Assembly (NCBI RefSeq): GCF_006345805.1
Contig: NC_043016.1
Coordinates: 3,658,001-3,722,000 of the forward strand
Origin: Octopus sinensis
Taxonomy: Eukaryota
Length of the DNA stretch: 64,000 nt
Direction of reading: 5' to 3'
How positions within the stretch are numbered: the stretch's first letter is position 1; each line of letters opens with the position of its first letter. The notes below the pieces were generated by a model. It did no database searches and was not told the DNA's origin. It worked only from the letters and a program-made list of their open reading frames with translations. Of this stretch, positions 38,811 to 52,713 are shown one piece after another. The position numbers were made by a program, and so were the translations under genes.

Positions 38811-40499
38811 GTATGTTTATAACAGTTTATTTTTATAGAAGATGAACAGTAGTTTTTAACAAAAAATAAAACAAAAGCTCTCTCACTGTAATTTTTATAA
38901 CACATTAATATCTGTTGCCTATTAAACTTTAGAAAAGTAATTCATACCGATTACATCCAAAAACCGCCTGATAACCAGTTTCTCTCTATACCCGATCTCC
39001 TCGCTTTTTCAGTTTGTCACTCAGACATGTACTAACATACCCGATTGCCCCAATAATGTTGCTATAAGTGGGAATTTACAAACCCGTCAGATGTGCTACA
39101 GGATTCCATCCATTTGTCTGTAGATATTCTCTATTTCGCATACTTTGCAAGAGATACTCTAATCTTCAGAGTAGCTAACCCGTATATCTATACGCATCGC
39201 TTTCTTTTCTGTCCCAAATAACTGTTATATTTGCCCCAATATTCTTTCAGCTTAATGTCTACTCAATAACAAAGGTTTTTTTTTCTTTTTCTTTTTGTTA
39301 TTCACTTATCCTATGGCAATTTTTTTTGTTTGTGTGTGGAATTGTCAGTGCATACCGTTCAGTAACAAGATCATGTAGCAGTAGAGGGTGGTATCTGTAT
39401 ATTTGGGTGGCTGCTGATTACGTAACACAGAAGTGTTATATAACGGGAATTTGCGGTTGCATCTGAGGAGCTTAAATGCTTTACTTTCTCGTTTGTTCAA
39501 AAGATATTTCGTAGCTATCACCTGCTCTTAGTTTGTAAAACGGTAGCCATCGGGATGGGATGCAATGTAACAGATACAAGTCCAAAGGAGGCTATGCTTC
39601 TTGTTAATAATACCCTTCCTCAAGTCGGCAAGCTGTCAGAGTCGTTGGCACGTTGAGCAAAATTTTTAGCGGCATGTCGTCCATCCTTACCTTCTGAGTT
39701 CAAATGGAGTCAATAAAATAAATGCTAGTGGAACTCTTAGCTCGATGTAATTGACTTACGCTTTCCTTCGAAATTACTGATCCTGTGCAGACATTCGAAA
39801 CTAATATTACCCTTCCTCCTTGGCGGTGAGCAGGCAATCTTTAGCACGCTGGAGAATATTAGCGACATTTCGTCCGTCTTTAAGTTCTGAGTCAAATCCC
39901 ACCGAGGTTGATTTTTACCTTTCAGTCTTTCGCATTCGATGCAATAACTTATAGTTGTAATCAGCTTATCACTCCTTTGAATCTGCTGCTCTTGAGTCAA
40001 AGCTTGAATCCAATATTACCATCCTCCACATGCTTAAGGAAACACACTCATGCTTAACCTTTCTTGTAGTATGTAGGCTATTTCTCTTGCAATTCTCTAA
40101 ACTAATAACTAGGTCCAAACTTTACGATTCACATGAAATGGGTGTATCAGGATATGAGCTCTTTTTTCAGAACATCGAAAACATCATTAACCACCCGCAA
40201 GGTTTCATACACTAGCTTTTAGTGCACGGTTGATGTACTTACTGCTTTTGTTGAGAATATGCTGCGTGATACTACACAGCACTCAAAGTTTGTTTGCTCT
40301 GATTTTGTAGAAATTTGCAGTCATGCTGGTATCAGTACTGGTACTACAAATATATTGAGGGTATGTTGTCTTTTAAGGGAAAAGTTCTGACTACCATATC
40401 TGATATTTAGTCTAATATAATTTTGTTGTAATCTAGTTTTGTTCACAGCACTTTAGTATATTATGCATATGTATCGATATATGATTGTGTGTATATAAG

Positions 40500-40700
40500 T
40501 AAGTGTGAAAATCGTGACTTTGTGCTTACAGTGTTGGGCTCATTGGCAAAAGGTCGAGAGTTCAATTCTTTGACTCGTGGCACTTTGTGATCTTGAGCAA
40601 AGGACATCATTTCTCGTTGCTCCCATCTATTCAGCTGAAAATGAATATAACTTGACTGCTGGAGTAACTCTATCTCCCTCCAGTAGTCACATCCTCGTTG
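40500..40700 (+). mobile_element. Decayed tRNA-type SINE
   Basis: gagttcaattc B-box-like motif; cttgagcaaaggacatcatttctcgttgctcc..ttcagctgaaaatgaat body. Confidence 0.5.
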
Positions 40701-41653
40701 CTTCCCCCGGTCAAGAGTACGAAGACAGAGGTAGTGTTTGTGTTTGTTCACGAATATAACCTTCTAGTCACGTTCAGTTGCTTCCAGTCACGCTCACGTG
40801 CAATGGCGGCTAAGCTTTATATGCTCGTGTTTTTCTGTGTGTGCATGTCTGAATGTTCATGTTGGTTTCACACCCGTATGAAATGTGATTAAGTGAAAAA
40901 TGTTTTCGGCAGTGCTAATGCCGTGCTTTCATGAGTCGAAGTTTGGAGTTTTCGTCCCGGGTCTTCCTGTGTCACTGTCTGAAGACATATTTGTGATTAC
41001 AGTCTAAAAAGCATGAATTTTATGCTAGTATTTCATATAATTACCAGGTTTAAAAATATATACCGAGATTATTTGATTGACTAGCCCTTGAATGCGGTAC
41101 TCCAGTATAGCCATAATTCAAGCACCGAAACCAATTAAAAGCTAAAGAAAATGTATGCATGTATGTATATGAGCATATGTGTGTGTGTTTGTGTGTGTAC
41201 GTTTACGTAAACTTGTTTCTGTGTGTTGGTATCTAGGTATATTTATACTGTATACGCACACGCACACACACACACATACACACACACATAATTATGTACA
41301 CACGCGTATATATGTATGTGTGTGAAGAGAAGCGAGTACCTATTTAGGGCAACCAGTTTTATTTTTTGAGTTGTAGGAAATATTTAGGGTGACAGCTAAC
41401 AGACTGCGTGTGGTCTGTGAGGATGTATTTCGAGAAAAAGCGATTTATCTATGAGTTGTTAATGTATTTCTGTCAGTAATTGTGTACGAACTTCAGCAAC
41501 AGTGTTTGTGACAGCGGCAGTCAGACGAATTTAGTGCAACCACTATTGCTGGAGCCGTCATGTATCTAGGACAGCTTGCAAGTATTTTGGGAAACCACTC
41601 GTATTTTAAACGATGCAACGATGCAATGAAAAATTCATCGAAGAGAGCTGCTG

Positions 41654-41699
<46 letters not shown>

Positions 41700-41881
41700 G
41701 AGCCGACAAGGGATCCCATACGTGATTGTTCAACCGGCTAGAAAAAGCAAAATCACTCTCAAATCACTAGATATTCCTAAAATGATAAGAATGTCACGGT
41801 TGGAAGTCTTCTGCACATGGTATATTGGCGGCTAACAAGCATCTTCATCAATCATAGCATCAGCAGCATCAACAATACTAT

Positions 41882-41944
<63 letters not shown>

Positions 41945-42581
41945 CACCACCACCACCATCACCACCACCACCACCTCTCCCTTCTTAGGAGTGACCTTCA
42001 AATGTAGATGAAGAATTAGGGATGTCTACAAATCTTTCATCCTTTTAGTACTGAGTACCAAATTCGAAGTACAAATTTGCTTTTTCGTTTTCACTCTATC
42101 GATGTTGTCAGTATTAGTTAGATACCAGTGTCAGTTGATGCCTTCGAGTGTATCATGAAAATTTCAAATTAGTATTATGAAAATATAATAACAATATGTT
42201 TTTTGCTTCTGTACATATTAATTTCAGTTGAATTCATTTCGAGGACGTGAATTGGGGCCTATACTTGAATTATATGTTCCTGTGTCACCATTTCCCTGTT
42301 TTTTATTTGCTCTACTCTTTTTGTCTTACTTTTTCTTGATTTCTTCTTTCTCTCTCATCCTGAATGCTTATTGGGGTGAATGAGGGAGTGGTGAACGAAG
42401 AAAAGTATGATAGACAAGCTTTTTATAAGAAAACAACAAAGAGAGGTTAATTGCCAAATATGTAAGATGAAACAAAACATTGTAAATATGGATACGGCTT
42501 GTTCGTCCCTCATATGTTTTCCACCGATTCAATGAGTTCCTACGGGTGCCTTTTAGTTTATACACATGCGCGTGTGCGCAA

Positions 42582-42775
42582 TGTGTCAGGAGTATAATTT
42601 GACACATACACACGTGCACACACATACATATATATTACTTGTATATATTCATACGTCTGTATTCATACGTCTGTATTCATACGTCTGTATGGATACAGAC
42701 GTATGAATATGTACAAGTAATATATATATGTATGTGGGTGCGCGTGTGTATGTGTCAAATTATAATCCCGACACA
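42582..42775. repeat. ~80-bp-arm imperfect inverted repeat with a central 14-bp unit x3
   Basis: tgtgtcaggagtataatttgacacatac...tcatacgtctgtat mirrors atacagacgtatga...gtgtcaaattataatcccgacaca. Confidence 0.9.
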
Positions 42776-43030
42776 CTGGATTTATCTGGATTTGTCTTCG
42801 TCAAGTGTAATCTGCTGACATCTTACAAACTCTTTTCTTTTTATTTTTCACTCCTTCTCATCAATTCTCTATTACGCGCCGAAATTCATAGCACGAGCAT
42901 TTTCTCATTTTTCTATTACATTTTTTCTTTCCTTATCTCCTTTATTTCTGTGAGTAAAGATCATTGATAATCTTAAATCGTTTTTGTTGGGAACCATACT
43001 GAATTGTCACACACGTACACGCACACGGAC

Positions 43031-45773
43031 ACACACACACACACACACACCACATACCCACATACATACGTACAAGCCCACATGCAGCGTAGACTTACAC
43101 ACAGTGCGTATGCAAATATTTTGGTACCCGATTAAAAGGAGTACTGGACTGATATAAATAGTGGAGTTGTTATAATCGACAAAAAAAAATTGATGGTGAT
43201 GTCCCCGTGGGGTACCAGTCGAACGAGCAAAAAATAGCGAAACTAAAAAGAAAAGCATTTCATTATCGATGAAACAAAGAATAAGTACGGATCGATAGGT
43301 CTTTTACGATTGACATGCAAGATATATCTGGGAAATTCCTTTGAAATATACATTAAAAATAATAACGTAACTTCAGATACAAGATCCATAAGGCCAGAAT
43401 CTTCTCATTTAAAAGGTTGCTCGAGCAGAGTTTATCAGAGACTAAACAACATTAAAAGCATGAAATAAACATTGAGTGTATAGTGGATGTATTGTTTTGA
43501 TGAAAGATACGTAGTTCACAGTTTGTCTGCCTTGTTTGTCTGCCTCTGTTTGAAGATAGATAATAGCAGCAGCAGCAGTAACAGCAGTGGCCGTTCAAAA
43601 ATTTGGACCTGGAGATCTCCATTTCCAGCGACTTCGAGGGCCACCTCCCAGTGGTGTCGGGCGTCAACGAAGAGTCCTCGACCACACCAAGACGACCAAA
43701 GTTTTTTTTTCCGATGTCTGGGGTCTCCCGCCCCTAAGCCTTAGACCACCACCTAATCACCCTTACTCGTCTTGTTGCTTAACAACAACAACAACAACAG
43801 CAACAGCAGCAAGATCAGAAAAACAATGACAACGACGACGGCGACCAGCACCACTACCACCGCCGCCGACGCCGCCACCACCACCAATACAACAACTACG
43901 ACTACCACCACCACCACCTCCAATAACAACAACAACAGCAACAACATCTTCGCTTTTTGAGGCAATACAGTAGAAAATAGAGCTTCAGTGAAAATTGCAA
44001 AGAATTCTTGTTTGTTTCAGTTATTTTTTTTTTCTGTTTATTATTTTCTTGCTTTCTTCTCTAATTGACAACCTAACCTGAAGACTTGTAAAAAAGCAGA
44101 ATGAATAATTAGTTGAAGAATTTGTGGTTTCGTTATCATTACTATTCTGAGGAACTCAGTAAAGAATACAAAGGAAAAAATGATATCTCTTATGTATAAA
44201 AAAAGAAAAGGGTTTTCTCTGTAAACACTGGCCCATGCGCATAACTAAAAAATGCACAAATCACAAACAGCAATACTCATACACCCGCATACAAACGTCC
44301 ATGTACAAATACACAACCAACCTCGCGAACATACGAGCGCACGTACACACACATACGCATGTGCACACATATCCAACACTAGAACGCGCATATAGACTCG
44401 CACACACACACCACACACACACACACACCACATACCCACATACATACGTACAAGCCCACATGCAGCGTAGACTTACACACAGTGCGTATGCAAATATTTT
44501 GGTACCCGATTAAAAGGAGTACTGGACTGATATAAATAGTGGAGTTGTTAAATCGACAAAAAAAAATTGATGTGATGTCCCCGTGGGGTACCAGTCGAAC
44601 GAGCAAAAATAGCGAAACTAAAAGAAAAGCATTTCATTATCGATGAAACAAAGAATAAGTACGGATCGATAGGTCTTTTACGATTGACATGCAAGATATA
44701 TCTGGGAAATTCCTTTGAAATATACATTAAAAATAATAACGTAACTTCAGATACAAGATCCATAAGGCCAGAATCTTCTCATTTAAAAGGTTGCTCGAGC
44801 AGAGTTTATCAGAGACTAAACAACATTAAAAGCATGAAATAAACATTGAGTGTATAGTGGATGTATTGTTTTGATGAAAGATACGTAGTTCACAGTTTGT
44901 CTGCCTTGTTTGTCTGCCTCTGTTTGAAGATAGATAATAGCAGCAGCAGCAGTAACAGCAGTGGCCGTTCAAAAATTTGGACCTGGAGATCTCCATTTCC
45001 AGCGACTTCGAGGGCCACCTCCCAGTGGTGTCGGGCGTCAACGAAGAGTCCTCGACCACACCAAGACGACCAAAGTTTTTTTTTCCGATGTCTGGGGTCT
45101 CCCGCCCCTAAGCCTTAGACCACCACCTAATCACCCTTACTCGTCTTGTTGCTTAACAACAACAACAACAACAGCAACAGCAGCAAGATCAGAAAAACAA
45201 TGACAACGACGACGGCGACCAGCACCACTACCACCGCCGCCGACGCCGCCACCACCACCATACAACAACTACGACTACCACCACCACCACCTCCAATAAC
45301 AACAACAACAACAGCAACAACATCTTCGCTTTTTGAGGCAATACAGTAGAAAATAGAGCTTCAGTGAAAAATTGCAAAGAATTCTTGTTTGTTTCAGTTA
45401 TTTTTTTTTTCTGTTTATTATTCTTCTTGCTTTCTTCTCTAATTGACAACCTAACCTGAAGACTTGTAAAAAAGCAGAATGAATAATTAGTTGAAGAATT
45501 TGTGGTTTCGTTATCATTACTATTCTGAGGAACTCAGTAAAGAATACAAAGGAAAAAATGATATCTCTTATGTATAAAAAAAGAAAAGGGTTTTCTCTGT
45601 AAACACTGGCCCATGCGCATAACTAAAAAATGCACAAATCACAAACAGCAATACTCATACACCCGCATACAAACGTCCATGTACAAATACACAACCAACC
45701 TCGCGAACATACGAGCGCACGTACACACACATACGCATGTGCACACATATCCAACACTAGAACGCGCATATAG

Positions 45774-45800
<27 letters not shown>
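43031..45800. repeat. Tandem duplication, period ~1375-1378 bp, two near-identical copies
   Basis: Identical ORFs at 43452/44826, 43587/44961 and 44235/45613; breakpoints lie in (CA)n. Confidence 0.95.
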
Positions 45801-45805
<5 letters not shown>

Positions 45806-46041
45806 TCAAAACAAACTTTGCACATAAATGCACGCACAAAACACAAATGAAATAAAAAAAAACATCCACCAGCACAAACGCCTAATATACAAATACACAA
45901 TCACAATATGCGTATAAATACAAGTCACGCGACTTACATACAAACAAGCATTCATAAATACTTTCACGTTGATGACACAAAACTACACGCACACACACAC
46001 ATACACACACTTCAGTTTCATACATAAGCCAGCATAGATAT

Positions 46042-49000
46042 TGTATTGTATTGGCATCCTTTCTGTCTCGGGAGACAATGGAGTTGCGCATGTTTTTTTT
46101 TTGTTTTTTTTTTTTGTAGTCTAGTCCGGCTTTTATATTTCATGTCCTGATACATTTCCTGCTGTGGCTGTGTAGTCCTATCCTGGACAAACACTCCCTC
46201 TGGCAGGTACCGCAAATGTAGCGAAGACTGTTCCTGGCTGGTTGTAGTTCCATAGTCTCTTGTTTACGTCTCTTCCTTTCTTTCCATTTCTCCTCTCTCT
46301 CTCTGTCACTCTTTTGTATTCCCTCTTTTACTGTACGTCGCCATTCTCCACTGTTGCGGCAACTGCCTCCCAACCGCTAATATTGATGTTGCAGGCCTTC
46401 ATATCCTTTTGCAAACATCCCTGTAACGTAAGATCGGTCTACCCACAGACCTAGTACCCCTAGCAAGCTCTCCGTAGAGTATGTCCTTGGGGATTCTGCC
46501 ATCTTTCATACGGCTAACATGCCCAAGCCATCTCATACGTCTTTGTGTGAGGAGTGCAAACATGCTTGGTATTCCTGTTGCCTGAGGACATCTTTGTTGG
46601 GGATATGATTCTACCATTTGATGCGGAGGATTTTTCGAAGGCAGCGCAGGTGAAAGATGTTTAGGCGACGCTCTTGGCGTGTGTATAGCGTCCAGGTCTC
46701 GCTTCCATACAGTAGAGTGCTGAGTACACATGCCTGGTAGATCTTCATTTTCGTGGTCTTGGTCAGTTTATTGTTGTCCCAAGCCCGTTTGGAGAGTTGG
46801 GCCATCGCAGCAGCTGCCTTGCCAATGCGTATATTGAGCTCAGCGTCAAGGGATATGTTGTAGGTGACGGTAGAGCCCAGATAGGTAAACTTCTCCACCT
46901 CTTGTAATCTGTGGTCTCCAACATGTATGTTTGGGATGTCCGATGTACCCTGGCCCATGATGTTGGTGTTCTTAAGGCTGATAGCTAAGCCAAAGTCGTT
47001 ACATGCTTGCTCAAAACAGTTAATGAGCCTTTGGAGGGCTTCTTCTGTATGTGTTACCAGAGCAGCATCATCAGCAAATAATATCTCCTTGATCAGGACG
47101 TTTCTGATTTTGGTCTTGGCACGCAGGTGCGAGAGATTGAACAGTTTCCCGTCACTTCTACTGTGCAGAAACACTCCATCATCTGATGTCTGCTGAAAGG
47201 CATGTGAAAGTAAGAGTGAGAAGAAGATGCCAAACAATGTAGGAGCGAGGACACAGCCTTGCTTTACCCAATTTTTAATTTGGAAGGCGGCTGATGTTGA
47301 ACCGTTGTGCTGTATGGGGCCTTGCATGTCATCATGGAAAGACTTGATAATCCTCAGCAGCTTTGGTGGACATCCGATTTTTTGGAGCAGGTGGAAGAGG
47401 CCTGTTCTGCTTACCGAGTCAAAAGCCTTTGTTAGATCAATGAAGGCCATATATAATGGCATTTTCTGCTCTCTGAACTTCTCCTGAAGTTTGCGTATGG
47501 AGAATATCATATCGATAGTTGATCTGCTTCTTCTAAAGCCACACTGCGATTCCGGATAGATTCGAGAAGCAAGTAGTTGTAGCCTGGCCAGGATAACGCG
47601 GGCAAAGGTCTTTCCAACAGTGCTTAGAAGGGATATACCACGGTAATTGTTACAATCACCACGGTCACCTTTGTTTTTGTAAAGCGTAATGATGTTGGCA
47701 TCCCGCATATTCTGAGGGACTGTACCCTCTTCCCAGCACTGACACAGAAGCTCATGAAGGTGCCGAAGCAAGATGGTGTTTTTGCCGGCTTTGATGATCT
47801 CTGAGGGGATGCCGTCTTTTCCCGGAGCCTTATTTCTTGCTAGAGAGTCAACAGCCTTGGTGAGCTCTGCTATAGATGGCGGACTGTCAAGTTCGCACAT
47901 GACTGGCAAGATCTTGACACTCTCGACTGCAGCCTCAGCCACTGTGGTCTCCCGTGAGTAGAGATCCTGGTAGTGCTCCACCCATCTATCCATTTGCTTG
48001 CCTTGATCCCCGATGAGATCTCCAGTAGTTGATTTCAAAGGGGCTGACTTGGTTGCGGATGGACCGAGGGCCTTCTTCAAACCGGCATACATCCCACGGG
48101 TGTCGCCCCTGTCAGCAGCTGACTGGATACTCTGACAGATTTCCTGCCAATACCTATTTGCACAGCGTCTGGCTGTCAGTTGGGTTTTATTTCGTGCCTT
48201 TCTGAGTTCTTCGAGTGACTTTGTAGAAGAGTCACTCTTGTATTGCACCAGAGCTGCACGCTTTGCTTCGATAACTGGCTCCAGCTCTGAGAGCCCAGCA
48301 TTGAACCAATCTGGGTTTTGCCTTTCTCTCATGCCGAAAGTATCCAATGATGTCGTATACAAGCTTCCCTGATATAGTCCCACCTACTTTCAGCAGAGGA
48401 GGTTGGGCAGCTATTGAGGGCAACCTTGATAGAAGCAGCAAAACATTTTCGCAGTGTAGGGTCCGAGGTTCTGGCGGTGTTGATGCGTGGTCGGCCCACT
48501 TTCTTGGAGCGATGAACTTTTTTAGGCAGAATCCTCACCCTGCTTCTAATTAGTGAGTGGTCTGTGTCACAATCCGCGCTGTGGTAACTGCGGGTCAATA
48601 AAGGAGAATTCAGAAAGGATCTCCGTGTAATGATGAGATCCAGCTGATGCCAGTGGTGAGATCTTGGATGTCTCCAGGATGCCTTGTGGGATGGCTTGTT
48701 GGTAAAGAATGTGTTGGTGATGCACAGGTTGAAGTATGTGCAGAATTCGAGTTGTCTCTGACCATTGTCATTCATGTTGCCAATACCAAAGTGTCCAACA
48801 CAAATGGGCCACGAATCATGGTCAGATCCCACGCGAGCGTTAAAATCCCCTAGAAGGTAGATATTTTCAGTCGTTGGTATATTTTCTATGACACAGTTGA
48901 GATCTTTGTAGAACTGGCCCTTGGTCTCCTCTGAGCTGTAGAGAGTGGGAGCATAGATGCTGAGTAGATGTACTGAGCCAGAAGAAGTCGAGAGGCGCAG

Positions 49001-49930
49001 TGAGAGGATACGCTCAGTGCCTCCCGATGGTGGTTCTATTGAGGAGAGTAGTGAGTTTATCACTGCAAAGCCAACGCCATGTTGACGAGGTTCTTCTGGA
49101 TCTCTTCCCTGCCAAAAGAAGGTGAAATCCTGCTCTTTGAGTTTGCCGTTTGAGGGAAGTCTTGTGTCCTGCAGCCCAGCAATATCTATGTTGAGCCTCT
49201 TTAGTTCACGGTCAATGATGGCCGTTTTCCTTGTGTCTTCAATCCTGAGAAGATCATCAGATATTCCAGGACACATGGTCCTGACATTCAGCTTGCCAAC
49301 CGCAGAACTGGTGTTTTCTTGACTTTTAGTTGCTTGCCTGGTGCAGAGGTTGCAGGTCGCTTTTCGAGTCGTACTCTTAGCTCCAAGCACCCAATGGAGC
49401 AGGCGGCTTGTGGCGGGTCAGCACCTTATTAACTGGGAGCTGCCCAGCTTGAGGTGGGCAGTAGCTAACCAATAGGACACGGAAGTCCCTCCCACCGTCA
49501 GAGGTAACCCGTAGCGCCCATATTTTACGCCAATCTGAATGGACTTATCACTCCCGTGTTGTTTCTGCAGCTTTTTACAGCAGCACTGAAGTGTCCTCTC
49601 CAGTTCTGCGCAGGCCTGGGCTATAGGTAAGAAAGTCCTGGGTAGCCCAATCGTCAGGTTTCCTCTCTCGACCTTGCTGATGTAGTCCAGTGGAGTGCAG
49701 TGCATTACGTTTGGCACCAGCTTGGTTGCAGGAGCTGCCGGAAGAGTGTCGAAGGTAGTGGGTAGCGAACTTCTTCACTACTTCAGGGAGTGACGACCCT
49801 GCCTGACACGAGTTCCGGGCTCAGCTGGCTCCGGCTGACAGTACCCGGTATGGGCCCCTATCCAGGGTTACGGAAAGGAGACAACCTCCAAAGAAATCCG
49901 GAGTGTTCGACTCGACACTCTTCCGGCAGC
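46042..49930 (-). mobile_element. RTE-clade LINE, near full length, 12-bp TSD, inverted 5' end
   Basis: CAGCATAGATAT at 46030-46041 and 49927-49938; 3' end stem-loop tgtctc-ccg-agaca and (CAATA)n tail; APE-RT ORF; GC-rich 5' UTR. Confidence 0.93.
46140..49390 (-). pseudogene. RTE ORF: AP endonuclease + RT + C-terminal C2H2-like finger, about three frameshifts
   Basis: GKLNVRTM, AGLQDTR, LLGDFNARVG, DTDHSLI, NYRGISLLS, FIDLTKAFDSV, VKQGCVLAPTLF, LFADDAAL and YICGTCQRECLSRIGLHSH. Confidence 0.93.
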
Positions 49931-51272
49931 ATAGATATACACAATAAATATATACAAAGATACAAGTTGTGTGGGGTGATCTTTAAGAAAAGTACTTAAT
50001 ACCAATAATTACGCTATATTTCCATTTATTATAAACAACTTAGGTAAGTGGTGTAGCATTATTGTTTTTCTTTAGCCGCCGATCAACCAATTAACCATGA
50101 TCATGTAACCTGATCAAATGTATTCTAATTTGACTTTCTCATGTGCTTTGACCGTTATCTCGCACATAATTTATCTAGGACTTTACCATCCAATATGTCA
50201 TGTCGTGTTGTTACTACTTAATCCTATGCCAACTTCCAGCAAAACCCATAAAGGTTTTCTAGGATGATTTTCTAATATATATTGTGTTTTTTTTTCTGAC
50301 AGTGTATTTACATCTATGAAATTCTATGCATCTTCTCTTGACGTTGTTTTTTATTCCCAGATCAGCCTATTTTTAGATGACTAAGAGCAAAATCGTTCCA
50401 CTCGTTGTCGAATTGTTTTTTTTCTGGCATTTTCTTGAATAACGTTATTTAATATTTTCTTTTCTTTTAAATTTCAGAGAATTTCAACTGTTGTTTTTTG
50501 ACCTAGAACAAGTGACAACTAAGATACTCATTTATTGGCTGGAAACACTTCTTGGCTGGTTTGTGACACTCTCTTGTTGGTGTAAACAATAATTGAGATG
50601 ATTCTACGATAGTATTTCAGTAACTGCTTGTATATATTTCTAAATGAATTTCTAATATAAATACGAAAATCAGATATTGTGAAGAATGCGTATAGTCAAC
50701 TCAGATGATCCTTGTATGTGAGTGGTGCTTATTCTATCGACCAACGCATGTTGTAAGCCAGTATCTGTTTCAGTAGGATTTGAATTCAGGACATAAAAAG
50801 ACATAACCAAGTATTTCCTGCCACTCGACATCTTTGGTGCTAAAAGTTAAATTTGTAGTATCAGGAAAAGAGACATGGTCTTTAGTATCATTCACAGCAA
50901 TCAAAATTCTTGTATTGCCTTTAGAGAGATAGTCACAATTGAAGTGTTTTAATTCACCTTTCATTTTTTTCGCCACATGCACTTTATTTCATGTATTTTA
51001 TTAAACTTTTTTTATCGATGCAGATAATCACTTGCTTCCTCGGAATATATATTTCTTTATACATTGATTACTGCTTATTCATTTGTATCTGATAATAGTC
51101 ATCGATTATGATTATAACAAAGCCATAAAAGTGACAGCAACAGTCTATTTATAACTATACTTTTGTTTTAAAAATTTCAAGACTTAATTTGCGATCAAAT
51201 TAACTATTTTGATAATTGGTAAATGTGTTTATTTCGTTTCCTTCTGAGGCGTAATCATGAGATGAATAAACA

Positions 51273-51305
<33 letters not shown>

Positions 51306-51479
51306 TGTATTATGTATGTATGTATGTATGTATGTATGTATGTATGTATGTATGTATGTATGTATGTATGTATGTATGCACGCATGTTTGTATGTATGTG
51401 CAGATTTATATGTTTTATGTATGTATTCTCATGCATATAGTTGCATATCTAGACATGCTCATATATATTTAAATGATAA

Positions 51480-51750
51480 ACTTCTGGAAAGTTTTACAGA
51501 TTTTTACAGCTCCAGTGGTGGACTGGATCTGTAGTCTTCTTTCTTCTTTCGTGATTTGAGAAGCCTAATTTCTCAAGATCGGTATTTAGGGAGTGTGTTA
51601 CATATCCCAGAGCCCCAATAATTACAAGTACAAACCTGAACTTCTAATCTGGATAGAGTAACTGCAGATTTCTCAATACTTCAGCATCGCTATTCTCTTT
51701 TTCATTGATCAACATCTTTATATTTGATGGTCGCTTACCATCAGATATAA
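51480..51750 (-). mobile_element. 3' fragment of an RLE-type LINE
   Basis: Minus strand reads LRNLQLLYPD*KFRFVLVIIGALGYVTHSL; a similar IIGAIGYV remnant lies at ~38960-39250. Confidence 0.55.
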
Positions 51751-51932
51751 AAATAACTATTTTTCAGTTTATAATACAACGATATGAAAAAAAAAAATAC
51801 TCAACATTCTGTCTCAATAAACACTGTTGTCCCCGAAAGTTGTTTTTTTATACTTACTACGGATCGCTTGAAGCTAACTTCCTTCGTAAGACTCGATAAT
51901 TCGAGCTTATATTTATATGTATATATGCATAG

Positions 51933-52034
<102 letters not shown>

Positions 52035-52584
52035 GTTTAAATATTTGTTGTGCAAGATTTTTTATGTGAAGTCGTGTGTTGAAACAGATATTGTTATATT
52101 TCGGAATGGTCATATTGCCAGTTTAGCCAATAAAAACACACGCACTATATAGTTGGTGTTATTTTGCTTCAGTGATATTTATTTTTTACATTAATCTTAA
52201 TCTTATTTCGGCCAAAGTTCTTTCGTCACACTCCTGTGACCGCATCAGTGGTCCTTTGTTTTCTCTCACTTACTGTGTCTCTCCTTACTAACCGTCAGCC
52301 ATTTTGTATTTCTATTGTATGTCTTCATTTGCGCATGCTTATATCTCTATGTGCGTCTATGTTTATTTAGTGTGTGTGTGAGGGGGATGCCTGTAATATT
52401 TGTATCTTCTGGTTATATATATTCTTGTAATTTGTATTTTGTTTTTGTTGTTGTTGCTTTTGTTCTAATTTTGTTCATGTGTTTACATCCACCCATTATT
52501 ATCATTACATATGCTTGTATGTATGTATAACAACAATATTAGTAATAATAATAATAAATCTAATTGAAAAAAAAATATATATAT

Positions 52585-52616
<32 letters not shown>

Positions 52617-52713
52617 ACATACATATATATATATATATACATATATACACACACATATACACATATACATACACATATACATATATATAGTTATTCATTA
52701 TATATATATATAT

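Noticed and set aside
46092-46116. Poly(T) run as the RTE poly(A) tail
   Set aside because: The element's 3' stem-loop, (CAATA)n tail and TSD lie 50 bp further left.
50770-50982. 70-aa minus-strand ORF and a possible 32-nt exon inside it
   Set aside because: Weak donor and no recognisable domain.
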